From Psammoneis japonica (taxonomy: Eukaryota): 64,000 nt of DNA. How positions within the stretch are numbered: position 1 is the stretch's first letter; every line of letters starts with the position of its first letter. The notes below the pieces were generated by a model. It did no database searches. It was not told the origin of the DNA and saw only the letters and a program-made list of their open reading frames with translations. The stretch lies in assembly GCA_008632985.1 (NCBI GenBank), contig QPGO01000001.1:302600-366599 (forward strand), written 5' to 3'. Below, piece by piece: positions 11,301 to 22,675 of the stretch. The position numbers and the translations under genes are program-made.

Positions 11301-14059
11301 TCAACCATGCAGCGTCCCCACGTCTCCACTGGCGCACGCCCCTCGAGACTCTCACTGGCTCCACCCCGGACATCAGCCCATTGCTTCGCTTTCACTGGTG
11401 GGAACCCGTGCACTTCCACCTTGATGACTCCGATTGGCCGTCCGAATCCCGTGAGTTGCGTGGACGCTTTGTTGGCATTGCTGAGCACGTCGGCCACCAG
11501 ATGACCTTCAAGATTCTCTCTGACGAGACTCAGAAGATCCTCTGCCGGTCCAACGTACGATCCGCTGCCACCGATCCTGCAGTTCGAAACCTGCGTCTTG
11601 ATCCTCCTGATGGGGAGCCACCTGAACCCATCATCAAATCTCACCATGACGACAACCCCGTCGATTCACCCGATGGGGAGATCAGGACACCCAAGATGCC
11701 AGTTTTCGATCCGCAAGACATCATCGGATGCACCTTCCTCATGCAGCCACAAGAGGACGGACAACGCCACAGAGCTCGCATCGTCAAGGCCATTGAAGAC
11801 CACAAATGGAAAGTGAGCAGCAATCCCGAGCTCACCAAGTTCGTCTGCTCTGTCAACAACGACGAATGCGAGGAAGTCCTGGCCTGCAACGACATCATGA
11901 ATCACATTGAACAAGAAGACGAAGACACTGCTGTTTGGAAATTTCGACGCATTGTGTCACACGAAGGACCTCTGAAGCCTCATGACCCAACCTGGAAAGG
12001 CTCAAGCTGCGACATTGTGCTTGAATGGGAAAGTGGGGAGATCACGTCCGAGCCTCTTGCCATCATCGCCAAGGACGACCCTGTCACCTGCGCCATCCAT
12101 GCACGAGAGAACGGACTTCTTGACACTGATGGCTGGAAGCGGTTCTGCACCATCGCGAGGCGCCAGAAGAAGCCATTCCGCATGGCCAACCAAGCCAAGC
12201 TTTGCTCCTTCCGCACTGCACCTTGCTGCAAGTGCGGATGCGAAGTTCCCCGGAACTGCAAACATGCCATGTCACTAGACGAACGCAACGGCAACCGCAA
12301 ATGGGGAGACGCAACTAATCTCGAGATGGACCAACTCAAGGAATGCGAAGTCTTCCATGACTGCGGGCCCTCCGAGTCTTCCACTCCTCCTGCGGGACAC
12401 AAGAAGATCCAAGTGCACCCAGCGTACGACGTGAAACACGATGGTTGCCACAAGGCACGACTTGCAGCCGATGGGCACCTCACGGACGTACCCATTGACA
12501 GTGTCTGCTCCGGAGCAGTCTCCCTCCGTGGCCTTCGGCTGATGATTTTCCTGGCCGAACTCAACGAGTTGGAGACATGGGCCACCGACATTGGCAATGC
12601 CTGCCTTGAAGCCACCACCAAGGAGAAGCTCTACATTGCAGCCGGACCCGAATTTGGCAAACTCGAAGGCCACATCCTTGTCATCCACAAGGCCCTGTGT
12701 GGACTGCGCAGCTCCGGCCTCCGCTGGCACGAGCGCTTCGCCGACTGCCTGCGAGCTGAAGGTTTCTTCCCCTGCCGCGCCGAACCCGACATTTGGATGC
12801 GCAGGAACGGCGACCACTACGAATGCATTGCCGTTTGTGTGGATGACCTTGCCATTGCCATGAAGGACCCTCAATCTTTCGTCGACACTCTCACGGAAAA
12901 GCACAAGTTCAAGCTCAAGGGTGTGGGACCGATTGAGTTCCATCTGGGCTGCGACTTTTCCCGGGATCCTGACGGCACCTTGTGCCTGTCTCCGTGCAAG
13001 TACATTGAATGCATGGTCGACAGCCACACACGACTTTTTGGGGAGAAACCCACCACCAACGCCCTGTCACCTCTGGAGAAGGGTGACCACCCCGAACTGG
13101 ACACTTCCGAACTGCTGGGGCCCAATGGCATTCAACAGTTCCAGTCTCTTGTTGGTTCACTCCAATGGGCAGTGTCCCTTGGTCGACTTGACATCACTGC
13201 GGCCGTCATGTCACTCTCTAGCTTCCGAGCTGCACCCCGTCAAGGCCACTTGGATCGTGCCAAACGCGTCTGTGGGTGCCTCTCCAAGATGCGACACGGC
13301 ACTCTCCGCGTTCGCACGGAAGAGCCCGACTGTTCGGATCTCCCTGCTCCGGCCTGTGAATGGATGCATTCCATGTGTGGCGAAGCAGAAGAGATGATCC
13401 CGAAGGACGCTCCACCGCCCCTTGGCAAGTTCGTCACTGCCACCCACTGCGTCGATGCAAACTTGTGCCATTGCATGCTCACCGGACGCTCTGTCATGGG
13501 AATGCTCCACTTCCTCAACAAATTCCTGGCTGATTGGCTCTCTAAGAAGCAAGCCACCATGGAGACTGTGACCTGCGGGTCTGAATTTGTTGCCGCAAGG
13601 ACTTGTGTCGAGCAGATTGTCGACCTGCACATCACCCTGCGCTGCCTCGGCGTCCCGATCCGTGACATTGGTTGCATGTTCGGTGACAACAAGTCAGTTG
13701 TAGACAGTGCCACCATCCCGCACTCCAAGTTACACAAGCGACACACCGCACTGTTGTTCCACCGTGTGCGCGAGGCTGTTGCCTCTGGTTGCCTTGAGCT
13801 CCACTTCATCGAAGGCTCCCGCAACCCTGCTGACATTCTCAGCAAGCATTGGGGTTGCTCCCAAGTCTGGGACCTTCTCCGCCCCCTCATGTTCTGGAAC
13901 TTCATTCCATCTAAAGTCGAGTCTGTTTCTGTGACTCCTCAAGCAAACTGGGGAGTGACAGGATTTGAGCAGGATTCAGGTGCGCGCTGTTTAGTTCACC
14001 GCGCACAGTTTTGTGTGCTTTGGTTCTGTGCGTTCGCGCGCGATGTAGTTTGCTTTTGA
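8337..14059 (+). pseudogene. Copia gag-pol polyprotein pseudogene
   Basis: ATG 8337; stop 9132-9134 within DGT*KG; protease LVNRGANG (D->N); integrase TDT...SDHA; frameshift near 11150; RT KARL..DG, DIGNACL, KALCGL, CVDD (12836-12847); RNase H DNKS, NPADILSK. Confidence 0.95.
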
Positions 14060-14124
14060 GCCACAAGGCTCACAAGAATGACAACAGTGGCCCGATTGTG
14101 CCGACTTGCACGTCTTTCGGCTCC
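13956..14124 (+). repeat. 3' LTR, truncated
   Basis: Starts TGACAG after the PPT; similarity to the 5' LTR stops at CGGCTCC (14124). Confidence 0.85.
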
Positions 14125-14708
14125 GGCTTTGCGGCACATGCATGACTTCTTGAAACTCTGCTGCCAGCACTCATGTTGAGCAGTTCATTTTGCCAGAGAC
14201 ACAGGCAAAAAACAACAAGATGCCAACAAGGCATTCCTCACATCTTCAACTCTTCGTCTCAGCGTGCCTCTTGTCTTCCAGTGTTAGCTACAGCACTTCA
14301 GGTTATGACGCCGATTCTTGGACTTGGACGACAGGACGGGAAAAGTTTCGATTTTGCGAAAAAATTGCGGTTGCGATGTGACGGCTTTCAAAAAAAATAT
14401 ACATTAAACCCATGCGTAAATCTTATAATGTACGGCAACGCCTAGCTCTAACACTATCACTCATACAGTTAACAAAGTCGTGCAGGAATCACATGTATGA
14501 GGAAGTTCATATACTCTCTAGATTTATATAAGCATGGATTACGGAAGACTAACGCCGCAAACGCCAATTCGAAATTTTGAAAGAATCAAGCGAGCAAAGC
14601 AAGCCATCACTTTTCACCTGCTCGTTTCACCTTTTATTAGAGTACCGCACAGTTGGTGGACATCAAATTGACGTACGGGCCTCTGTTAAATGGTGGAAAA
14701 ACGGCATT

Positions 14709-16494
14709 ATGCTCATTGCAGGGCGAGTTACGACATCTTCGGTGAAGAAGGTTTTCTACTTTGCTTGCACGAGTTGCTTCATGATAAGGTTCTTCACGAT
14801 GTGGACCGAGCAGTATCAAATAATAAGTCTAACGCAGATCCCTCAAAGGAAGCACAAGCACGTCAAGAATAGTTCATTTGCTAATATCTCGTTACCAGAC
14901 GAAACCTACGAGACAGAAGCAGAGGATGGCCCTCAAAGGAAGCACAAGCAAGTCAAGAATAGTTCATTTGCGAAGATCTCGTTACCAGACGAAACCCACG
15001 AGGCAGAAGCAGAGGATGGCCCTCAAAGGAAGCACAAGCAAGTCAAGAATAGTTCATTTACGAAGATCTCGTTACCAGACGAAACCCACGAGGCAGAAGC
15101 AGAGGATGGCCCTCAAAGGAAGCACAAGCAAGTCAAGAATAGTTCATTTGCGAAGATCTCGTTACCAGACGAAACCCACGAGACAGAAGCAGAGGATGGC
15201 TTTTCATCAACCAAGAATAAGAACAACGAGACGTCTAGAGAACAGGAACGCTGGGATGCCTTTAAGAAAGACTATTGGAAGCGAAATCACAGACAACCCC
15301 CAGACTCGTTGAGGCAGTGGTTGGCGTTTGCTGTAGAGAAGAAATGTGCAACAAGAAGGTTTTATGATTCCATCAATCACCACCTGCAGTTCTTTCGCAA
15401 TTCTTCCTTGTCACTCGAGGATATTGTTCCTGGAGCCTCCAACTACACAAACTTTTTCGTTGCTTTTTCTCTCAAGAATAACAAGCTGAATGTCGAAAAC
15501 TATCAAGTTCCAAAAAAGCTATTTGAAGAGAAATTCCCTAGATCTGTAGAGCGCTGGCGATTGTTGCTGCGTCCTTTGGTCAAGCACAAGCCACCTCTTC
15601 GAACCAAGTTTGTCGTGAACCTCGACGACAAAGGAAACACAAAGAAAGACAGCACGTTTCCGCTTCTTTCATGTAACCACTGGTTCAAGACTCCAAACCA
15701 GGATATTACGTTTGATAATCGACTGAATTGGAATGAAGCATTAATTCCAAGCCATAATGCCCGTGATCTTTTAGTTCCATATAAATGGAGTATTGTTCCC
15801 GAAGACAAACCTGCAGGACAACGACGGCCTCGAGGACCTGAATGGAAAAAGCGAGATGACGTTATTATTTGGAGAGGTTCAACAACAGGGGAATGGTTTA
15901 CTGGTCCACGGTTCAAGCTGCTTGAAATGTTCGGTGGGTCAGGTGTCCATCCTATTGCTCTCAATGCTTCTGTGGACGTCGATTTTGCGTTTGTCAGGCC
16001 GCTCGTTAACAGCAACGAGAACGACTTGGATACGAATAAATATCGAATCGCAGACAAAATTGTTTATGAAGACATTCAGAAGCACAAGTATGTTATGGAT
16101 GTGGATGGACATGGTGAGTTAGTGAACATGGCTCATCCATGATGGTTGTGCTTCCGGCATTGGCAAAATTCTTCGTTCTTACGTACCTGCTATAATTACA
16201 GCTTTCTCAGGACGCTTCCCAAGTCTCTTGGCTTCAGGATCGCTTGTTTTTAAATCAACCAGGTATCAAGAGTGGTTTTCCGAACGTGTCATTCCCTGGG
16301 TGGATTACATTCCTGTCAAGTACGATCTAAGCGATCTTGTCGAGAAGGTCGAGTGGGCTCATTCTCATCCGAACATAGCTGCCCGCATTGCAAGACATGC
16401 TCGATCGACCGTCAAGAATCATCTTCGTCGAGAGGACCAGCAATGTTACACTTACAGGCTTCTTTTAGAGTACCATGATCTGTTTCATTACTAA
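14709..16494 (+). CDS. Glycosyltransferase family 90, paralogue B
   Basis: Colinear with paralogue A; same intron position (16114-16201); N-terminal signal anchor. Confidence 0.9.
14841..15200 (+). repeat. Coding tandem repeat, 4 x 90 bp
   Basis: CCTCAAAGGAAGCAC at 14841, 14931, 15021, 15111; unit PQRKHKQVKNSSFAKISLPDETHEAEAEDG. Confidence 0.97.
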
Positions 16495-16829
16495 GACGAT
16501 GATGGAAAAATGAAGCGTTGTTGTTAACACACCATTTCTTCGAACTTTTTGCTTGATGTGTTACCTGTAGATAGCAGAGAGATGCGAGCACCGACACTGT
16601 ACTGTAGAAGAGGATTTCCATCGCATCGATCATCACATCGGCCGCCCGTCAAATAAGCCCGCCAAAAACCCAGTCGCACTGTCCGATCTTCGCCAGGCAT
16701 CCGTGGTGAGACGCAGTGAATCGGCGCCGACATGCGACGACGCGAAGGCTTACGACGTAAGACTGCACCCCAATGTGAAAAACAGGGAGAGATCACATTC
16801 AATTACGCGCATGCCAACGTTTTAAACCG

Positions 16830-19800
16830 AGCAATCCACAAGTCAGCAGTCATTGCAAGAGCCTCCTCTGCGCAGCGCGCTTGGCAAATGCTGTGTGGCT
16901 CATTTTCAAATGGCTGTTCTTTTGTGCAGTGGTGCCACTGCAATTCACTCTCAAACTGCTGACAATGCAGTTGCTGCTCATGTGCTTCTTTCAACTTCTG
17001 GACTGTTGACAACTCCAGATTGCAGATCTTGGTGCAGTTTGCCATGTGGTCTCCCTCGTCATCCATTTCATTGAGTTCTTTTCTGGACATTTCCGCTGTT
17101 TGTGCTGCGGTTGTCCTGCACAAATCTTCCCATTGGTTGAGTCATTCACTCACTGCATCTTGCTTGATCACTGTCCCACTGCCACACTGCGCTGCAGTCA
17201 GGAGGCAGACTGTGTGCCTGCTGACACTTTGAGAACCAAGAATCAAGCCCTCAACCTGTGGGGCACAATGTGGTCTTGTGGTGGCCAAGAAGATGATGGC
17301 AGAATGGGGCCATTGTGTGCTCTTCATTCATGAATTTTCTTGTTGCACCTCACAGCCAGCGCAGGCTGCCACCCCCTCTGATCCCCCTGACAGGGGGAAG
17401 CTGTGTGGGGTCTGTGCACACTTCCCGTGCAAAAAGATTGTGCACTTCACGTGTGCAGACAGGTTGTGCATGCTTCATGCTCGCTTGCAAAGCAATTTCA
17501 AAACTGGTTTGTTGCTTGACAAATGCAGTTGCTTTGTGGTTTGCTGACAAACTGCATTTTGTAAAACACTCAGTCAGAAAATGTTTGCAAAGAGCTGCAC
17601 ATGCTGCATTGGGTCACCTCACCACCAGCCATTCTGAGCATGCAACCCATCTCATTTCATTTTCATCTGCAGGGGTTGCAAGCACATCTTCTGCTGCACC
17701 TCTGGAAGTTCTGGAAGCAAGCCACCCATCAGCGTTGGTCCACAATTCTGGACAAAGTCTTTTCACAACATGCCTGTTTCCTCCAAAAACTGTTGGCATC
17801 AAATGTGGGTGTGGTGTGGTGCTCAGAAACACTTTTGTCTTTGACATGGTCTCTCACCTTGATGATGTCTCTGCCAGCAGCCTTTTTGTCATTGGCCACC
17901 CACTTGCCCAGATTGATCTGCCTCTGAACCTTTGCCCACCTGCACACACTGTGGGGCTGCTTTGTGGCATTGCAAGTTGCTTGGCCTCCCCTTTGTGTTG
18001 TCTTGTGATCTGAACACAGTGGTTTTTCCTTCATCATTGACTGAAATTTTTGACAAGCAAATTGGATTAAAAAACAACCCCAAGTTTTAAAAATGTTTTG
18101 GTTGTTGATGACCATGGTTGCACACAACAGAAATGCAAACATTTCTTTTTTCTGGCAGCCTTGAAAGCCCTCTGTTTGTCCTGTTGCAAACCACATGGTT
18201 TTGGAATTGCTGCCCTTCTTCACTCACTGAACAAACCAATTTTCAAATCAATCAGCACACTGCACAGCCAACAAATTGTCGCTGACTTGCATCATGATTT
18301 GTGCCTCAATTTTGTCTGCAATGCATGATGAAGAGTTGCCATTGCCATGGCTGGCACAACAGAATCCAGTGTGTTGATGCAACTCAAAATGAGCTGGGCA
18401 TGTTGTTGTCCCAATCCACTGATGCTTCTGCACCACCAATGGGCTGATGACTGATGCACATCATCAGCAACCAGTCAGTTGAGCACAGCAGCCACCTCCC
18501 AGGTGCTGCAGGTGCCAGCCACCCCCCTTCTGGCTCTGCTGCTTGCACCTCAGGTGACACCATCATTGCATCTGGCACCAGACTCCCCATGTTGGGTGGC
18601 AGCAGTGGCATCTCAGGTGCCTCTCCTGGTGGACCAAGCCTTGTGACATGTTGGGCAAGCCAAGTGCATTTGCTGACACTGACACACACAGAGGAAATGG
18701 GGGCCCAGGAAACCAACAAGACTGATGAAAATGACGGATCTCTCTCAAGAGAGGACAACAACAAAGGTTTTGTTTTGAAGTGTTTCTTGGGATCAACTCA
18801 TCCCAGCAGATGTTGGGTTCTGATGATGAAGAGGGTTTGGCAGCACCAGAGCTTTCTGCTCCAAAGGAGCGTGCCGCCACATCATCATCATTGGGCTGCA
18901 TGTTTGCATCTGGAGGGAAAAGCATCTCTTGAGCTGATCACAATCTGTGGCAAGTCCAGTGCTGCTCACAACACAAGGTGCAAAGAGACCAGTGACAAGC
19001 AAAGCAAGCAAACACACACCACATTTTTTCACTTTTTGAACTTTTCTTTCATGACTGGTCATCTTGTCTTTCCAGCATCTTCAAACTCATCAAACAGATG
19101 ACTGGCATCCTCATCATCTGCCAAAAGAGTTGTCATCTGCCAAAAGAGGGGGTCACCACAAGATGGCAATTTTTGTGCTTTCCCTGCACTGCACTGCAGT
19201 CCATCAGAAGAACTGGGCCTCTTCAGGATTGCTGGAAGTGGGGTCTGACACTTCTTCCTCTGTGATGCTGTTCTTGAACTGAGAAAGGGAGTTTTTGAGA
19301 CTTGCAAGAAAAGCACCCCACCCATCCACCATTGATCATGTGCCTCCATTCCTCACCTGTGGCTTGTCAGTGTGCAAAAGCTCCTCTTCATCGTTCCATT
19401 GGCAACACACCAGAAATGCCTTCAATGGGTTTGAAGCTTTGTCTTTTTCAGGCTGCAGACATGAAAGTGGGGTGATTTTGGACACATCTTTGTGACAGAA
19501 GCAAAATGCCACAAGGTGGCACGCAATCTCACCCTGTTGACATCAGACCTTGCCAATTTGAGGGGGTGAAATTCGTGCAGGAATTTTTTGCAGGGTGGAC
19601 AAAAAATTGCAGTGCAAGTCACTTCACGCAGATGACCAAGTGGGTTTGTGGCTGCCTCTCTCTCTGGGCATTGCTCTGACAACTGCTGAACATGTTAACA
19701 TCCAATGCAAAAATGCCAAACGCAAAAATGTCAAGTGAAATTTTTGAAACACCCCCAAATGGAAATGTCAGTGGCAAAAATCAAGTGCAGATCTTTTGTT

Positions 19801-22355
19801 CAGATGTGAGCAAAACAACAAAGGAGTGACAGTTGCTGCAGCTGCTGCACTTGTGTCAAGATCTGAAAGAAGACAAAATGATTTGGTCACATGGGACAAT
19901 GGTCGCATGCAGACCAAAGAAAAAAATGAGTGCCACAAATGAAAAGGGGCACTCATGAGAGGTCAAAGTGCCAAACAACAACCTGTGGCTGATGCAGCCC
20001 CCTTTCTTGTGTCTCTGACATGCAGTGGTTCTCACCACCACATCCTCTGCATGAGCAAAAGCTCCAAGAATCTGCTGAGCATGTTGCAGCAGCAAGCAAC
20101 AACTTGAGCCAGCTTGCGCACTGAGCACATGGCATCTGCCATGATGAGAGAAACTTTCTGCACCCTCACCCCAGTGAAGTCAGGGCTTTCATGACACTGT
20201 CTCAGAGCACAAAATCAACCCCTCAAACCAGCTCATCATGAGAGTTGTCTCAGTGTCCATCATCTTTTCAATGCACCACTGCACAATGTGACTGCCACAA
20301 AGCAACAACAACAACAGGAGCACTTTGTGTTGTGCAAGTTCACAAAAGCTGTCTTCTGCACAGCTTTCTCTTGCTGCTTGCACCAAACAGTGCTCCAGCG
20401 GGTGTTCACATCTCTTGTTTTGCTTCATTTCTTCTTGCAGTGTGTCAACATGAGTTTTGAGGCTGGAGGCCTCTTTTGGTGCCAAGAACTGATTGAGCTT
20501 TGCCCTGAGACAGTTGTGAAATCCCCTTTGGCAAGTTGCAAACAAGACAATTGCCAAGTCCACCTGATGCTCTTTTCACAGACTTGCAGCCATGCATCAT
20601 TGATGACTGCACAAACATGCCACAGGGCCCAGGGAGGGTGTGTGCCCCACTGCCTGTTAGAGCAGCAACAGACAAGAAGAAGTCAGCAGCAGATGGTGCA
20701 TGAGCCTCCCTGCAAACTGGCAACATCGGTGGCTGCAGTGTGTGCTTGGAACTCCTCTGCATCAATCACCACAAGGGCAGCATTGACAACTCTCCTTTCT
20801 CAAAGGGGGCTTGGCTGGCACCAGATTTGAGGTGCAAAAAACAGTTGTTCCCAGAAAATGCAGGGAGAATGCCAGCGTTGTCCCGTCGTTGGAACATCAA
20901 GGCCAGAGGCAGTTTTTGCAGGACAGACAGACAAAGTTGCAGTGTGAGACATGCTGACAACTGTGGACAATGTGGCAACTTGTCTGCATTTGCAACTCAG
21001 ATTGAGTTGCAGGTCTTGTGCTTGCTTTTTAGATTTTGCATCTGGTGCACATGGCAACAACAGCCAGCGGCAACAGTTGTGTGTTTGCAAGCCAATTGGT
21101 GAGTTTGGAGATGCAGTGAGACTAAATGGGTGCTGGTCAGCAAGCTGCAAAGCTCCAACCCAGAAGCCAAAAAGTCACAGCACAATGCCCAAAGGAGTGG
21201 CATCATTCAAGGGTTGGGAAGTTGAGAGAAATCCACAGAGAAGAGCTGGGAAGTCAAGAGGAATCTGCAGATGAGGGCTGGAAAGTTGATGGGAATCCAA
21301 AGGAAAAAGGCCAGGATGTCAACAGGAATCCAAAGGTGCACATTGTGTTGGTGAATTGCAGCAAATGAGCCAAACAACATCTCTAGAGGGCTGTGAAGGG
21401 TCTGCTGAAACAGGGTGTGACAAGGTTGTGTGTGTCAGGATCAGCGAGACAGAGTGTGTGGCTGTTGACAAGCCATGGAACTCCGGTGCAAGTCCCAGAA
21501 AAGATGGGCAAGGACACAGCTGAGTGCAGAGAAGCACAAATGAATCAAAACAGTGGGTGCACAATTCCATTGCCTGGCTGGGATGACATGCAGATGGGCA
21601 CATGGAAACCATGAGGAAGATCATTGGCAAGCATGTGTCAGAAGAACAATGTTTGGGCTGGAGATGCAGGCACCAGTGTCTCTGAGGCAGGGTGAGAGAA
21701 TGCCAGGAGAGAGCCAGATCATCCCTTGTGGGAGGACACCATGTCAGAGAAGGACAAGGCAATCTGGGGCAAGAAATGTGATCACCATGTAAAACAGAGT
21801 GTGTGACTGCAACAAGATGCAGAAGGCAAAAGGCATTTGACACAATTGCGGGGCAATGCACAAAAGACCACTCATCACAAGCTTGAAACAGTGGGACATG
21901 GCAGCACTGCTGGATGCACTCAAGTTGATTTTGTTCAGTGCAACTGAGATGACAAACCCGTGTGTCCAGATGGTCAGGGCTTGGCAGCATCAGCTGGTGC
22001 TCATTCACCAAGACAAAGGAGAAGTGCTTCACAAAAGATTCTTGTGGTTGGCTCACAAGCATCCATGGTTGAAATGGTGGAAACATCCCATGGCAGGATC
22101 ATCCAGGAAGAAATTGCCAAGAAGAAGATGGGTTCAGCAAGGATGCTGATGATGCCTGGAGCAAAGAAAGGAGGAACAAGTCATTGGCAGCAACGCCAAG
22201 AATGGAAGGTGCCAAGGGCTGCTGTTGGCATGTCTTGAAAGACCTGCATTGGCGGTTCACATTGCGGGGGTTGACATTTGTCCCAATTCAGCTGAGGAGG
22301 CACTGCAGGTGTTGGACACCCACGGGACCAACAAGAAACCTGAGGGGGCATGAGT
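16830..22355. other. TpA- and CpG-depleted block B (degenerate, unidentifiable sequence)
   Basis: No TpA found by eye in 20041-20650; CpG rare; no credible ORF. Confidence 0.85.
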
Positions 22356-22675
22356 TATGGAATGACAGGAAGAAGATTGCACGCTAGAGAAGTGTGACAG
22401 GTTGGACATCGCAATCTGAAATCGACCAAATTCAAATCCTGCAATTGCAATCTACATCCACGTAGAAAACCTATGACCAATGCCGCTGCAAAAGCAATGC
22501 CTGCTTCGCGGTTGATGGTCCACAATAATCTTGTCACAATTTTCTTTTTTCTTTTTTCTCTTTTCTCGATCTCCGAACTACCGTACGTATCACACAAAGA
22601 TAGAGCAGTTTGAGTTGCTGCCGTTTCCTTCTCTCGTCAGACCGGCACCCTCTAACGTACTCCAAAGGACTTCCC

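Larger units (their letters stand above)
7138..14124 (+). mobile_element. Ty1/copia LTR retrotransposon (diatom CoDi-like), inactivated
   Basis: LTR at 7138 repeated at 13956; gag-PR-IN-RT-RH order; PPT TGGGGAG 13949-13955 directly before the 3' LTR. Confidence 0.95.
5040..14280. other. TpA-depleted block A (contains the copia element; flanking sequence also CpG-depleted)
   Basis: TpA very rare, TG/CA abundant, translations Cys/His-rich and nearly Tyr-free; boundaries approximate. Confidence 0.85.

Noticed and set aside
8337..14059. Alternative genetic code or Tyr codon reassignment
   Set aside because: Neighbouring host genes use TAY for conserved Tyr; replacements are both Cys and His, and non-coding LTR TpAs are also lost
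5040..14280. Classical RIP or CpG deamination alone as the explanation
   Set aside because: RIP creates TpA; CpG decay cannot turn TAY into TGY or CAY, and the element still retains many CpGs
16830..22355. Many Cys/His-rich short ORFs resembling zinc-finger or metallothionein genes (also in blocks C-F)
   Set aside because: By-product of TG/CA enrichment; present in all six frames without consistent motif spacing
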